64,000 nucleotides of DNA, taken from NCBI GenBank assembly GCA_000165425.1, contig CT868208.1:310001-374000 (forward strand). Reading direction: 5' to 3'. Below the pieces are notes generated by a model. That model saw only the letters and a list, made by a program, of their open reading frames with translations. It ran no database searches and was not told the DNA's origin. This DNA is from Paramecium tetraurelia (taxonomy: Eukaryota). Made by a program: the position numbers and the translations under genes. Below, one piece after another: positions 1 through 14,867 of this stretch (the first letter of the stretch is position 1; each line of letters begins with the position of its first letter).

Positions 1-1445
1 TCTTCCTTTTCTCCAGTGTATTTGAGCATTTACTTCACTGAGCTTATGATTTCCTATTAATCTATTTACACATCTAAATCTTTATAAATTAATTCCAATA
101 AGATAACATCGATCGACTCGATAACAATCAATCCCTTTCCCAACAAATCAAAATAGATTTTCTCTAATTGCTTTTCTTCAAAATTATCATACTCTTCTGG
201 ATCAATCAAGGGAATCACTTCTACATATTCCATTCTGAGTTTTTTAAGACTCTCTAATTTTTCAACGCACTTGTCAAAAACTCTCTATTTGAAAGCGGCA
301 TCAGTATTTCTCCTCAATAACTATTTGATAATCTAAACAGAAGTTTCATCAATTTCAAACTGTTTATTTTTATCCTTATGTTTTAATCCCTTTCTTTCAA
401 GGATTGGGAATATGATGGATAATCCTCCTATTGAAATTAACTTCTAACAGTTCTCCTTATGATTATTAATAGCCAAAAGCATTAAACTATACGCTCTTAT
501 AGATTAGGAGGTCTTTCCTTAAATAATCTTGATCATTAGTTGTAACCCTTCGTAACTTTGAAAGTATTCTTAATTTTCTTCTTAGATCAACAGTAATGTA
601 AGTAAATCATATACATTATTTAATATTTCCTTCTCTTCTGCAGTTTCTGGATCCTTTTTTCTGTACTAATTCAAGACCATTAATAAACTTTCGATTCCTC
701 CGCTTCTACCTATGATTTCCAAGTTTTCCTTTGTCTACTGAGTAAGTACCACCAATAGTTCAGAAGCGTAGAGTCTATTGTCATCCAAAGTTTGACTGTT
801 GTCTTCCACTCTTTTCACCAGGTACTATATGATTTTGGATCGAAGACCGATCTCTTTGCTTATTGATGATTTGATATCCACCATATTTTCAATTACTTCA
901 AAGCAATCATGCAATAAATTAACTTCCTCTTGAGATTTCTCTTCGTTCTTTACAATCAGTTCACCCAACGATTCAATCAAATAATTTCGAATGAGACAAT
1001 CGTATAATTGAATTATTATTTTAGGTTCAACTTCACTTTCAGGAGCGACCAATTCCTTCAAAAATTGAATGACATCGTTCGAAATAGACTCGTTATTGTG
1101 TAATAACAATTGGATCACTATTGGAAGAGCATTGCTGCTATAAAATATTGGATATAATTGGGGATATGCAGGTAAGATGAGAAGTTTTCTTAAATCCTCA
1201 TCTAAGTCAACTTCTGAATCGATGAACTTTTCAGGTTGGTTCGGATACCTCATTCTCTAATCAGAGTTCAGTTTGTAATTATTTTCCAATTGAAATATCA
1301 TTTCCCTCAATTGTCTTTCATCGAACAATTCAACATTCTATTCTCTGAATTACATGTCCTGTTATTCATCATTTCTATCATCATCGTATTCCATATCCTC
1401 CTCAATATCTTACTATTACAATTTGACTCTCTTTCTCGGGTCCAT
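1..1445 (-). CDS. CTNNBL1: Beta-catenin-like protein 1 (spliceosomal Prp19/CDC5L complex), 3' end runs off the window
   Basis: Table-6 translation from ATG 1445 (MDPRKRVKL...) continues into RMRYPNQPEKFIDSEVDLDEDL..L..YP.LY, the conserved CTNNBL1 N-terminal motif, followed by DNRLYASELL and EGLQLMIKIIQGK armadillo-like segments. Confidence 0.88.
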
Positions 1446-1753
1446 AATTATATTAATTATTAAAAAGATAGAAGCAAAAATTATATAATTATCACTCAGA
1501 ATACCTCCTCAACAGATCATTAATTCTGTAATACAGAACATCATATTTGGCTATAAAATCATCATAAAAATTAAATAAATTAATGTAAAATTCTATTTAA
1601 TACCCCTTATTCATTTTCCCACAAATTATGGTATTCATTCACATAATAAATCCATTTTCATTACATAATATCATTAAATGACTGGAAAAGTACAGTACTC
1701 AACTAACCTTTGTAAAAGATTATTTAATTAGTTTTAAATTTTTATTTATAATA

Positions 1754-3106
1754 ATGGGCTCATGTAATCAATGCCTGTAGAAGCAAGAGCCACTCAAATC
1801 AGGAAGGATTTAAAACATATTTTTTAAGTAATCCCCATAAAACCATAGAATGGCAATCAAAATTTAATAAGCCTATAGATCTTACATTATCCGATCAAAA
1901 TTAAAGTACTTCAATATAGTTATTTATAGCTTAAAATAGGCAGAAAAAAAAGCAAGGAACCAGATTAAATGTAATTCAACTGAGGACATTATTGTTGAGT
2001 ATCATACTAACTCCTATTCTCCAAAAATTCATTAGTCTGAAGTTTCCAATACTGTTTCCAGCTTCCAAAACAATCAAAAGGAAAAGGCTCATCAAATTTT
2101 TAATCGTCAACTAAGTCTCAAATTAGATCCGAAAGAAAATGATTAATAGGAATTTGAAGAACTGATCTTTAACGACTAAACTGCTTTTTAATAATATCTA
2201 CAATCTTCTATTAATTGTATTGGAGCTCTCAAGAATCAAAAAGAAAAAATTAATTCATTTAAGTTTTGTTGTGTCTTGACTCTAGAAACACTTGAGTCAA
2301 AAGATTAAATCATTTTAAAATAAAAAAGTCATAAAAGAACAAAATTAGACACAATTAAATTAATTGGTGGGAACTCTTATAATGGAGAATGGTTAGATTC
2401 TTTACCGGATGGGAAGGGCAAATACACTTTTTCTGATTCATCATATTATTAAGGAGATTTTAGGAGAGGGTTATTTCATGGCAAGGGCGAATTTAAAAGT
2501 AAATAAGGTAGCTATTATAGAGGATAATGGTAATAAAATAAAATGCATGGTCAAGGTACTTACAATTATAATAATGGATGCAAATATGAAGGTATTTCTA
2601 AAATTAATTAACATAAGGTAGTTGGGAAAGAGATCTTCCCAATGGATAAGGCATAGAATGGTATGCTAATGGTTCTGTTTATGTGGGTACTTTTTTGAAT
2701 GGACTAAAACATGGAAGAGGGAAATTAACATTTAATGTAGGAGAAATCTATGAGGGGGAATTTCAATTCGATAATTTCAATGGATAAGGAGTATATGTAT
2801 ATATTGATATTATTATATAAAATATAGAGATGGCAAGATGGAAGAGTCTATGAAGGAGAATGGTAGAATGGGAAAATGAGTGGGAAGGGACTCTTGACTT
2901 GGCCTGATGGGCGTTTCTATAAGGGCTAGTATTTGAATGATCTAAAACACGGTTTTGGGATATTTTCTTATTCTGATGGTCGTAAATACATTGGTCAATG
3001 GAAGCATGGTCTGTAACATGGATAGGGAGAGTTCCAAAAGGGAGAAAAGACATCAGTTGTTACCAAAGGAATTTGGAAACAAGGGCAATTAGTTAAATTG
3101 CTCTGA
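1754..3106 (+). CDS. MORN-repeat protein with N-terminal MGxC acylation motif
   Basis: Repeated YxGxW/FxxxxxxGxG units (YNGEWLDSLPDGKG, YQGDFRRGLFHGKG, YVGTFLNGLKHGRG, YIGQWKHGLQHGQG); starts MGSC; several ~25-nt introns; TGA at 3104-3106. Confidence 0.9.
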
Positions 3107-3146
3107 TCTTAACTGTTATAATTTTATTTTTTCTTTTTTTATATAA

Positions 3147-6100
3147 ATGAGTAGCGATTTACTTATTCAATAATCTCAAGTTTTCTACTTGTTAAGAGAA
3201 GGACTATGGAAATCAACATAGGTGTTGTGTCATAAGGTAATTTAAGATCAATATACGTAGTTTTATCAAAGAACTCAAGATCCATTCTTTCAATTTTGGA
3301 GGGCGTTCTGCTATTTCAAAAGTGGAAGTTTGAATGAAGCAATAAATGAATTAACACTTATTAGAAATAAAAGAGAATTTTAGTTTGCAACTTCAGCAGC
3401 ACTTATCTACTACTCATAGCAACAACGTGGAGTTGATAGGGTATAAGTGAGAGTTTAATTTTATAGGAAATCATTGAAACTTGCAGACAGATGTAGACAG
3501 AAGGTCGAAAGACTCCGAATGATCGAGCATTTCAGAGTGCCATTTATTTCTATTTATTTTGTTGATGAAGGTAGAAAGGCAAAGGAAATTTTGGAATTAT
3601 TATCAGAAGGTCAGCCAATAAGTCAGATCACTCTCGGGTGGTATAAATTATTACAAAAGGAAGAGGAAATAAGCCCAGATAAAATCCTCGATTACTTTTA
3701 GAGTTTTGGTGGTATTTAAGCTTATATTATCATTAGGGCAATTCAATTAAAAGCCTATTGAATATTTGTTAGGTCTGGCAAAGGCTTCGGAAATAAATAA
3801 GAAGTATCCAATCACCTTAGATGCTTTGAATGAATTGATGATCGTTTGGAGAGATTTTCCATTCACAGATGTAGAGAAGTTGCGATTCTGTATATTTATT
3901 TAAGATTGGGAATAATTTTAGGATCTAGCTAATAAACTACTCTATGATGATCCAACCAACATATTTGGATTGAAAGCTATAGCCTTTTATAATTTGGCAA
4001 GGAAAGGTGATGTAAGAGAATCATTAGAGAAAATTGAAGAATTATTTAATGCCATCTAAAAACAAGAGGAAGATAATGTCTCATTAATTTTGAATTGTTG
4101 CTAATTGCTATCCAGAGTTTCAGGGAGAAATCAATAAATTCTCTAATTGACAATGAGTTAAATCTAAAAGACTCGAAAAATTGCCCCATTATTAGGAGAT
4201 TTGTGTTTAGAACTAGCTTAGGAAACTTTGATGTTGGAAGAATATGACAAGGCTTATGGTTTTTTCTAAGAAGCAGCTGCTTTAGATGAAGGTAGAATGG
4301 AATCATTAGCAGGAATGATTTAATGCAAAATATTATAGGGAGTCATTGATGATGCAGAAAAATAATTGGAATTTGTTTAGGAAGTCTAAGTATCTGTTGG
4401 CAGAACCACAGAAATTGCATTTTTATAGGCCCTATTAGAAAGCAAGAAGTCAGAAGGCACTGATTCTCCTATTGCCTAGCAATTTATTGAAGAAACCCTT
4501 AAACTTCATTTAATCTAGAGTAAATTATTGCTACCTGGATATGAGTTTTATATTAAGTTTAATCCAGATTTTACATTTACTATAGCTTAGATGTATCTAA
4601 GAAATTTATCCACTAATTTAATGTTAGCAGGTAAGGAATTGCCCACTTCAGGTATTGGAAAAGGAACCAAATTATTAGAAAGTATTGCCAGATAAGCTCC
4701 TGGATTAACTAATGTTTAGTTATTATTATCTACTGGTAAAATGGCATTAGGAGATCCATAGGAAGCATTAAAAACTATTAATAGAGTGTTAGAATTAGAT
4801 CCTAAGAATGAAGATGGATACATTTTACATGCGTTGATTTCTATTAAAACTAAATAGATCAACTTAGCAGCAAACTCTTTAAATTAAGCCATATCTAATA
4901 ATTTTGCGATTAGAGAAAACCCCTTATTTATGTTAGTTAAAGGAGAGGTTGAGTATAGAACTGAAGATTACAAGAATGCCCAAATTACACTGGAAGCAGC
5001 TTATGAATTAGTTGCAGGAAAATATAAGAATAAAAATAAAGTGAAATCAAAAATTGTGTAATTTACTGAAAAGGATAAATGCCAAGTTTTTGTATTGTTA
5101 GCTAAGGTGTACGCAATTAATAAGAAAGAAACAGAAGCCAAAAAGATCATGTAAAAGGCTATCTAGGAATATGCAGGCAGTCCTCATGAAAGCACAATTA
5201 TGATGGCTAACAGTGAAATAGCAATAGAGAGTGGAGACATAAAGAAGGCTATTAATATTCTTAAGGCTGTTTAAGGTGGATAACCAAATTTTGTTAATTC
5301 AAGAATAATTTTAGCCGATGTCTACTTAAAGTATTTGAAGGATCGAAGAAATTATACAAGGTGTTATGCTGAAATCATTGAGGCAGAACCTACAGCAGAA
5401 AATTATAAACTAATTGGAGAGGCATTTATGAAAATTAATGAACCTCAAGAGGCTGTTTTAAGTTATTAAAAGGCTGCTGAATTGAATCCTGAAGATGAAG
5501 AAATTACAAGAATTATTGGTAATGCACTTACAATGACATATGATTATCAGAAAGCAGTTAATTATTATGAGGCAGCTTTGTAGAAGACTCCAGGAAGATA
5601 AGATTTATTAGTTGATTTAGGTAGATTATATTTGAGAATGAATAATATCAAAAAAGCAGAATAAGTATTAGTTTGGGAGAAGTTTGTAAGTGATGATTAT
5701 GCAGCACCAACATTGACAACTTTGAGAGCAAATGCTTAAGGTTTTCTTTTGATTGCAAGAATGGTTACTAAATTACAATAAGCTACTTTTAATTAAGCAC
5801 AAAATGCTGAAAAAGAGAAGATCTAATAGTAATTGATGGCTGAATCTCAAAAATTAATAGAAAAAATAAGAAAGGCATTTGAATTTGCAGTCTAAACATA
5901 AAAAGATGTTATTGAAAAAAGTAAATAAGAGGCTGCTAATGTAAATAAGGAAAAGGAACAATTGGGATTAATATTTTTAGAGTAAGCCAGGTACTTCTTT
6001 TATAATGAGAGAAATTACAAGGCAACTTTAGATTGTATAGATGATGGTGTTAAATTCATACCTACAAATGAAAGTTTGATTTAGTTATAAGCTGAAACAT

Positions 6101-7287
6101 TCTATTAAAGTGGTGACAAGATTTCTTGCGAATAAAAATTAAAGATATTATAAAAATTGAATCCTAAAAATGATTATGCTTCCATGATGTTATCAGAATT
6201 AGTATTACAATAGGATGATAGTGAAAAATCAATTTAACAATTTGTTCAAACCTTACAAGAGAAACCAAATTCTTTTGGAACCTTATCCAAAGTAATAGAT
6301 TGGTATAGAAAATAAAACAGATTGGATGAAGTCTAAACCATAATTGATAATTGTGCTAAGGCTACATAAAACTAAAATGAACCAGGATTATGTTTTTGCA
6401 GAGGCTTGTATTATAAATATAAAAATTTACCTAAAGAGGCTTTGATATAATTTAATTACGCAAAGAAACATTAATAATATGCTGAAGACAGTTTGACCTA
6501 TATGATTGATTTGTATTTGAATCCTGATTAAGATCTTTATTATTCAATAACAGATGAATAACCAAAACCAGTAGCAGTAGAGAATCTAAAGGCTTGTGAT
6601 TAATTACTTAAGGAACTGTAAAATAGAGGAAGTATGTCAAGGTAATTATAATAATAATTATTATTAGATATCTAGTTATGTAGGCATATGTACTTCAATT
6701 GTCAGGTATTCAAAAATCTATTGAAATGGCTAGTACTATATTGGCTCAGATATTAAAAAGTAATAAAGAATGGGTTCCTGCTATGTTGAGTTTGGCAATT
6801 AATAAATTCTTAAGCAAAAAACAAACTGAAGGCAAGACTATATTGAAATTGTTATGGGCAAAGCAGGCTGACACATGTGGTTGGGAAAGAGATGAATTAG
6901 AAAGGGCTTGGTTATTACATGCTGATGCATTTATATCTATTCAAAAATATGATTAATCTGAAGAAATATTAAGAAAATGCTTGAAATAAAATAAATGTTG
7001 TGCCAAAGCAGAAGAATTAATGGGTTTGATAAAAGAGAAGGAGCAATCGTATATTGATGCCTCGAACTCATATGAAAAAGCATTCAAGTTGACAAACCAA
7101 AGGAATCCTATTATGGGTTATAGATTGGCATTTAACTATTTAAAAGCAAAAGTATTAATAAAACATAAACATCTAGCGCTTCGTTGATGCAATTAATATT
7201 TGCAAATTGATTCTACAAATTAACCCAGCATTCCCTAAACTGTAATCTGAAATCCTTAACAAAGCAATTCAAGCCTTAAAGTCTTGA
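3147..7287 (+). CDS. TTC21B: Intraflagellar transport complex A subunit IFT139/TTC21B (TPR protein)
   Basis: ~1300-aa TPR-rich ORF; N-terminal [12 protein letters not shown]-terminal [30 protein letters not shown] and [18 protein letters not shown] match TTC21B/IFT139. Confidence 0.92.
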
Positions 7288-7324
7288 CAAATTAAAAATT
7301 ATTATTAGCAATTTAAATCATTAA

Positions 7325-8693
7325 TCATTTTTTCTTTTCTTATTATTATTATTATCCAACATTAAGATCTCTCAAAACCACTACTTGATTAGTAGCTCTA
7401 TTATATTCCCAACCTCCAAAAATCAAAATATGTGGACCTATAGAAGTAGCAGTATGACCATATCTATTTCTAGGAGCATTCCCTTCATATTTAGCCTTTT
7501 CCCAACACATCTTCTCGGTATTCAATACAATCAAATAATCAATGTCTGGTGGAGTAACAAAATTATTTTCACTTAAATATATATAATTAACTTACCTTCT
7601 AGCTCCTGAGTTTAGTGACCATCCTCCAAATACTACAATATCTGCTCCACTCACATTTGCTGAATGTCCATATCTTGGAGCAGGTGGTGTACCACTTACT
7701 CTTAGTCTACTCCATGCAAAATGCTCAGTATCAAGAATTCTAATGTCATTTAGATAGCATCCTCTTAAATGGGATCCATGTCTAGGATTGGCAGTCTTAG
7801 GAAGATTTTTTAGATTTTTATCTTCTTGATAGTAGAATCCACCTTGAATGATTAAATTGGCACCAACTTGTATAGCTGTGTGTCCTTGACGAGGAGTTGG
7901 AGATGGACCAGTACAAGGAGGTTAAGACCAAGCCATAACCTCTAAGTCTAGAACATAGAGATCATTGAAATAATCAATTCCATTCCATCCTCCAAATATT
8001 ATCATTTTAGTTGATGCATACTATTAAGATATTTTAATATTAAATAATTACTAAAGTAGCAGAATGGGCGAATCTAGCACTGGGTGACCCAGATCCTTCA
8101 GGTCCCTAATACCAAGTTAATGTTAATGGATCAAGAGCATGTAAATCTCTGAATACACACTTTTCTCCTTTCCCTCCAAATATGATTATTCTTTATCCTG
8201 CTAAAACTGCAGAATGAGCATATCTTGGAGCAGGGGGAGTACCTTATACTTTAGCCTTAAACCATCTATTTGCATTGACATCCATTTAATATGTGTCATT
8301 CAAATACTTGTATCCCTCATCTTTATTTGCATAATAATGTCCGCCAAATAAGATTATTGAGGCCCCACTCAACGTTGCTGAATGTCCTCCTCTAGCACAA
8401 GGAGGAACTCCCATCAATACAGACCGGTTCTGCCCATTACCACTTCTGCTTTGATCAAATGGTTAATATTTAAAGCCTTATTACAATAAGTAATTACTTT
8501 ATTAATCTTCTTACTGTTCTTCTGGCTGATATTCTTAATATTCTTCTTGCTGTTACAAATCTTGATCTTAATCTTCATCATCATAATATTGTTATTCTTC
8601 CATCTAAACTTCCTAGCCATCTCCTTAGTAATCCTCATTGTAATCTGCATTGTTTTCAGAATACTATGAACCATCTCTCTCTTCAGAGTACAT
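7325..8693 (-). CDS. Kelch-repeat beta-propeller protein with acidic/Gln-rich N-terminus
   Basis: Six Kelch-like units: PCARGGHSATL..IILFGG, PAPRYAHSAVL..IIIFGG, PSARFAHSATL..IFGGWNG, PSPRQGHTA, PAPRYGHSA..VFGGW, PRNRYGHTA..IFGGWE. Confidence 0.88.
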
Positions 8694-8746
8694 TGTTATA
8701 ATAATTTTAATATTACAATAGAAACTTATGTACTGAATGATTATAC

Positions 8747-10095
8747 TCATAAAAACAATTCTTCTTCTCTTTTAATCAAATTGCTTGTTAAATCAATCAG
8801 ATTTAAGACTTTATTTACATTGTCTCCCCACTCTTATAACACATCATTTTCGTTCTTCTTTAACTAGTAATCAACAATCCCTTTTATACGATCAATCTTG
8901 CATTTAAGTAACTTATATGGTGTATTTAAAACAATACTTTTTAATCCATCATTATGCAGATTTCTTCCTCTAATTCCTCGGTACTAATAGCAATTAACTC
9001 TGTTATTCTATTAAGATAGACAGAATCATAATAGATTTAGAAAATTCTTAAATTATGATGAATTAGTTATCTTCTAAAATCTAAACACATGATATTTAAT
9101 ATTACCTTTGTATCTTTATTGATTATTCTCAATAGACTCATCAAAAATCTCAGCTGCTTGGATATTATGAGTTTATGGTTCAGTGCTAATCAATTCAGTT
9201 CCCAAAAATGCTTAAATTAATTATTATAAATTAGGCAATGCTTCAAGACCATATTTATATGTTGTTGCAATGGACTACAATTATTTTTACTAATTTATAT
9301 TGTTTGATTGTATACTTTTTCTTCAGAATATTGGCTCAATATTGTATAAAGAGCATAATTTTCTAAAACAGTGTTGTAATCAATTTTGAAATTGAAATCA
9401 ACTTTTGTAGCTTCTAATTATCTATTTTTATGTAAGGATTCCAATATTTTAGAATAGGCATGAGCTGTTTCTTGATAGTTGTTTTCGTGTCTATAATAAA
9501 TGACTAAGAATGAATAATAAATGATTTTGAGATCTGCAATATTATCATCTTCAATATTTTTAGGTTCTATTTTCTTAGAGATTATGAATAGTCTAACATA
9601 ATCCAATTTCTTAATCATAATTTTCATTTGATATAGGATGAATTCCAATTTTTCTCTTTTGTCCATAGATCCATAGGTTTCCACTTAGACTTCTTATAAT
9701 ATTTTTGCAGCATCAGCAATTTGATTATCATCTTCTTTGTATTGGGTGAGCATCAATACACAACGAGCATACTCAACTTCTAAGTAAATCTTCTTTTCAC
9801 ATACTTTCATAATGGCATCTATCATTTCCAATTTCTAATTAATTGGAAGGGTCTTTAATTCAATCATAGCCATTTAAACAAGTTCAATTTATGCTTTTTT
9901 TGGCTATCCTCTCTTTTTGCTAAGTGACACTATCAATTCATTAAATTTTGAGTATTATTTTGTAACAAAACACAAATTAGCAATCTGTTTAGTCACTTTA
10001 AGTGTTTCAACTAAATTATTAGCTAAACGAGCTGTCTTCTCTTTGTTTAGGAGATCATCTATTTGTTTATCAAACTCATTCTCTTCAATGATCAT
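8747..10095 (-). CDS. PSMD12: 26S proteasome regulatory lid subunit Rpn5 (PCI domain)
   Basis: LLNKEKTARLAN, LSKKRGQPKK, KKIYLEVEYAR, VQVETYGSMDKREKLEFILYQM and C-terminal CKIDRIKGIV..W..LIKREE are typical Rpn5 motifs. Confidence 0.93.
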
Positions 10096-10143
10096 TTGGA
10101 TTTAAATTTAATTTAATGAATACCAATCTGATTTATTTTAATA

Positions 10144-13100
10144 ATGATTTATGAAGGTAAATAATCTATTTTCAGCCATTAAGATTAGTATGCTCTAATC
10201 AGATTGGTTAACTCTGAAGATGATGCAACCACAAAGAAACATGAGGAAGGTAAGACTACATTTACACTAAAAATGGCAAAGTACTTATCTACATCTGGAA
10301 TTGGAGATTATTTGGATGGAATTAACGTCCTCTTGAGTTTTCTATTAACTGTTTTGCATCTAATTGATTGTTCATTTTGGGTTTAAGGAGGAACTTACGA
10401 TGTTGGAGAAGCTTAAACATTTATTACAGTAATATCAACAAAATTAAAGTTTTTAGATTCCTGAATTGATCTGTTACATATATTTCCTCCTTGATTTTGC
10501 AATTAATTTCTATCTATCAGAAAATAAATTGTTCTTCACTTTTTAAACAACATCACTAATTGAATATGTTTCAATATTTCCATCATTGCTAGCTAGATTA
10601 AATATTATAACTGGATACAAGTATATATATTTATTGAGGGTGCTGCGTTTCCTACTGTGCTACAAACTGGATAAGGTTTTATAGAGGCAGTCAATGGAAG
10701 GTATTTAATTGGTTTAATTTAGAGTATTTAGGTTGGCATACAAACCCAATTGTAACTGTTATGGCAATAATAATGATCAATTCATCAGTCCTGTACGTAG
10801 TTGAACAAAATTACTCAATAGTTGAATATATCTACTTTATGGTTGTGACAATATCAACAGTTGGATTCGGTGATGTATACCCAACAACAATCTATGGTAG
10901 ATTTTCAATTATAATTGCAATTCTGATAATGTTTCTGGTCTTACCACCTCAAGTTGAAATGTTGTCCAGAGTATACAGTTTACGAAGTTAATATGCTAGA
11001 AATAAATACATATCAAAAAAAGAATCAGAACATGTTCTATTACTTGGATCTTCTTAAGTTGAAGGCTTTAAGACATTTTTGAATGAACTTTATCATACTG
11101 ATCATGGAATGAATGACACTAATACTGTCATACTCTAACCTTCAGCACCTACTGAAGAAATGACTCTATAATTGAAACAACCAGCTTTATAATCTAGAGT
11201 AATCTACTTAGAAGGACATCCACTATAAAATAAAGATCTAGAAAGGTGTAGTTCTAAGGACTGCAATTGCGTTATTGTCTTAGCAAATAAAACAAGTAGA
11301 ACACCAAAACGAGATGATTATCGTAATATTATTCATGCATTTGCTGTGAAATAATTTGCAAAAAAGTAGAAATCCAAAAAAGGTGCACGAGTATGCTTGT
11401 AAGTATTGCAACCTTCAAGTAAGGATTTATATTTTAACTCTCTTGGTGGCCATGAAGCTGATTAAGTCATATGTGTAGATGAACTTAAACTGTATCTTTT
11501 AGGGAAAACGTGTTTATGTCCTGGAATAAATACACTTATTTCATTTCTAATTCAATCATCAAAGCCAACCTATGATATTACAAAGTATGACAAGAATAAG
11601 AGTGAATGGATAGATGACTATTTATGCGGAATGCAAAATGAAATCTATCGAGTTCCATTAGAGTCGGAAGCATTTGTTGGCCTGACATTTAGTTAGGTAA
11701 TTTAGAGTTTAAATAGAATAGATTTCTTAAGCAATATATAAAGAGCTAAATATTATACTATTCGCTCTAGAAGTAGAATTAGAATCAGGCGCAAGTGTAT
11801 TTGTCAACCCAGCTGAATATCTATTTGAAGATTACTTGCATTACGGTTATGTGATAGCCAACGAAATGCCTAACATTGATTAGATATAATAGACCAAATT
11901 CCCTGAATACATTTAAAGGAACTACTGCTTTCCAAATCAACAGAGATAATAAACTAATAAAAATGCACTCTAACAAGAAGCTGAATACTTAAAGGAACTA
12001 CTTAGTGAGGGACTCAAAGATGATTCAGCCAAAAATCCTGCCTATTATTAAGTCAAGCCTTAAACCATCACTACAGGACTTCCTAAAGTTGGGGACCAAG
12101 AAAAATTTGAAAATCACTTTATCGTATGTGGCGTTGTTTCAGATATGAAATATCTTATGATGCCACTCAGAGCCAGGTCCTTAAAAAATATCCAACCAAT
12201 TGTAATATTGAATTAGGATTTGATTCCGACTGAAATTTAATTGCAAATTAATAAATTTCCTAAGGTATACTTTCAACAAGGATCTCCGCTCAATACTGAA
12301 GATCTAAAAAAGGCTTGCATTCAAAAGGCTTCAGCTTTAGTGATCCTCTAAAAGTCTGCTGATTTAGAAGATGGGTTATCAAATATTGTTGATGCTGATA
12401 CAATCTTCATATATAAGACAGTGAAGTTGCTAAACTAAAACATAAACATAATAACTGAATTGGCTTCCATTTCAACTATTTCTTTCTTATAGATCTCAAG
12501 AAATAATTATGTTCAGAAATATGATTGGTCTGTGAGTGAACCATTTGCCTCTGGAGAAATATATATTTCCACCATGCTTGATACTTTAATATGCCAAGCC
12601 TATTATAACCCTTTCATCACTAGTATTTTTGATTAGATGATTTTAGGAAGTGCTTCAGTCAATAAAAAGGTAATATAATTATAGCATTTTAGAATAAAAA
12701 AATATATTAGGCAAACAAGTTACAGCAGAGCAACTTATTTCTTATTAATATACCACCAAAATATTAAGAAAAAACCTTTGGAGAGCTTTTTGAAATATTG
12801 CTTACTGAGTAAAAGATGATTCCAATTGGACTTTATAGAGGGGAAAAAGTTAAAAATAATAGTAAACCTTATGTTTTTCTTAAACCTCCTATGGATGTGA
12901 TAGTATCAAGCAAGGATAGAGTGTATGTTCTAAGTGCAAAACAGCCAAAAGAATAAGAAACCATAGTTGACTCTTAAATCAATTTAGGAAATGAAGCTGC
13001 CTCCTAATATTTTAATATCAAATCTAAACTATAAGGGGAGGAAGGAAGAGTTGATGTTGAATATTCAAGAGAACTGATGAAATTTAACGAGAAAATGAAG

Positions 13101-13250
13101 ACTTTCGGAACTTAACTAAAAGATATCAATTCATCAGTCTTTAATCAAGGATTGATTCAACATGGTATTTAAATTAATTATTTAGATTTCATTGAAAAAG
13201 TACGATCATTATTAAAAAATGAATTAGCCAGTCTAAATCCAACAACTTGA
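10144..13250 (+). CDS. Slo-family (BK/Slo2-like) potassium channel with two RCK domains
   Basis: Six TM segments; pore YFMVVTISTVGFGDVYPTT; RCK1 motifs FLNELYHTDH, YLEGHPLQNKDLER, VICVDELKL..KTCLCPGINTLI; RCK2 GSPLNTEDL..ACI and EPFASGEIYIS. Confidence 0.92.
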
Positions 13251-13299
13251 TTAATAATTATGATTACTATGATATATATATATAAATAAAGTATTTAAA

Positions 13300-14867
13300 T
13301 CATTTTTAAACTTTAGTTAAAATTGAATACATCGCATTGATATGACAAAGTGTCTATTTCTACAAACTTTTAATAATAAACTCTCTTGAATAGCCAAATT
13401 ACTCTATTTAAGAAATGACTCTCAAATCTAGGTTAGAATTCTATGTAGACACTTTATTCGATTTCAAATTTAACTCTTTAAGCCAAGGATGATTCAGAAT
13501 TTCAGTTGATGTCATTCTCAATTTAGGATTCACATTTAATATTGACTTTATAAGATCTAATAGACGTATTAATTTAAAATTACCAACAGCATCATTTGAT
13601 AAGTTTAATTTCTTCATTTCCATAAAATTAAGCAAGCCATTTTAAATATTGTGATTTAGCTCATTCATATTATTTCCTTTGAATGGTACTTTTCCAACAA
13701 GCAAAATGTAAAGTAATACCCCTGAACTCCATATATCACTTGCAAAACCTTCATATCCTGTTTTATTGGATATAACTTCTGGTGCCAAATAAGCAGGAGT
13801 TCCACATTATTCCAATATCTTTTAGCCTTTGATAATTTGTCTACTCACTCCAAAATCACATATCTTTATTTACTCCCCCTAAAGTAGTATGTTATCTAAT
13901 TTAATATCTCTATGCAGGATATTATGACTTTAAAGTATCTATAAAGCTAAAATCAATTGACTAAATAGATTCTTAGCCTACCCTTCTGGAATAGGCTTCT
14001 CTTTGGTCCATTTCATCAAATCTCCTCCTTCAACATATTCCATTATGATATAGATCTGTTTTTTTGTCTCGAAGACTTCAAAAAGTGAAGCAAACTATTG
14101 GTATTACTAAAGGATTTTCATGAGTGTAATTTCCTTAAAAATAGATATATTTAAGAAATTACTAACAACAATCTTTTTTTAGCACTTTCTGTTTTAAGAG
14201 TTGATTTTTCAATTATTTTCATGGCCACCTTTGCTCCTGTTAATATTTGGATACCCAAGCATACTTTTGCAAATGCTCCCTTGCCTATCACGTAGCAGAG
14301 CTATCTTACTAAGGTTAGAGATGCGATACCTTATAAAAATCAGGTGTTGTGATTGGAATGCGTTTCTTTGTCTTGACAGTATATGCAATTCGGTTGGCAA
14401 GAATGATTCGTTCTTTCATAATGTCTTCAGTTGTTGGAAACTGGATATCGGGTAATTGTAGCATGAAATCTTGGCAATCCAATAGTTCAGTCTCCATTCT
14501 GCCAAAATCAGGTAGCATCTTTGGAAAGCTCTCTTCTTTGCTGATTTGGCTGTTGGAACGTGATTTTTGAGTTGTTTGCTAACTTCTCGAAGTTGCTTTA
14601 TTTCCAAGATCAATTTTCACTTTTCCCAATTTCGAAACTGGTTTTGAATTAGACATAGAGACTGACTCTGAATTTTTGGTAGGAGCAGGCAATCTAAGAA
14701 TTAAAATTGCTATGCTACTTAATGGCTGGACATTATTTGCTTACAGATCTAGAGCGGTCTGTTGAATTCTTGGAAACCTAATTTGAGATACTCCTAGTAC
14801 GAGTGTTAGTAGATTAAGTGTTAAAATTGATGCATTTGACAGAGATATGTTTTTTCAGTTGATTCAT
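13300..14867 (-). CDS. Ser/Thr protein kinase, CAMK group (AMPK/MARK-like)
   Basis: [52 protein letters not shown]. Confidence 0.92.
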
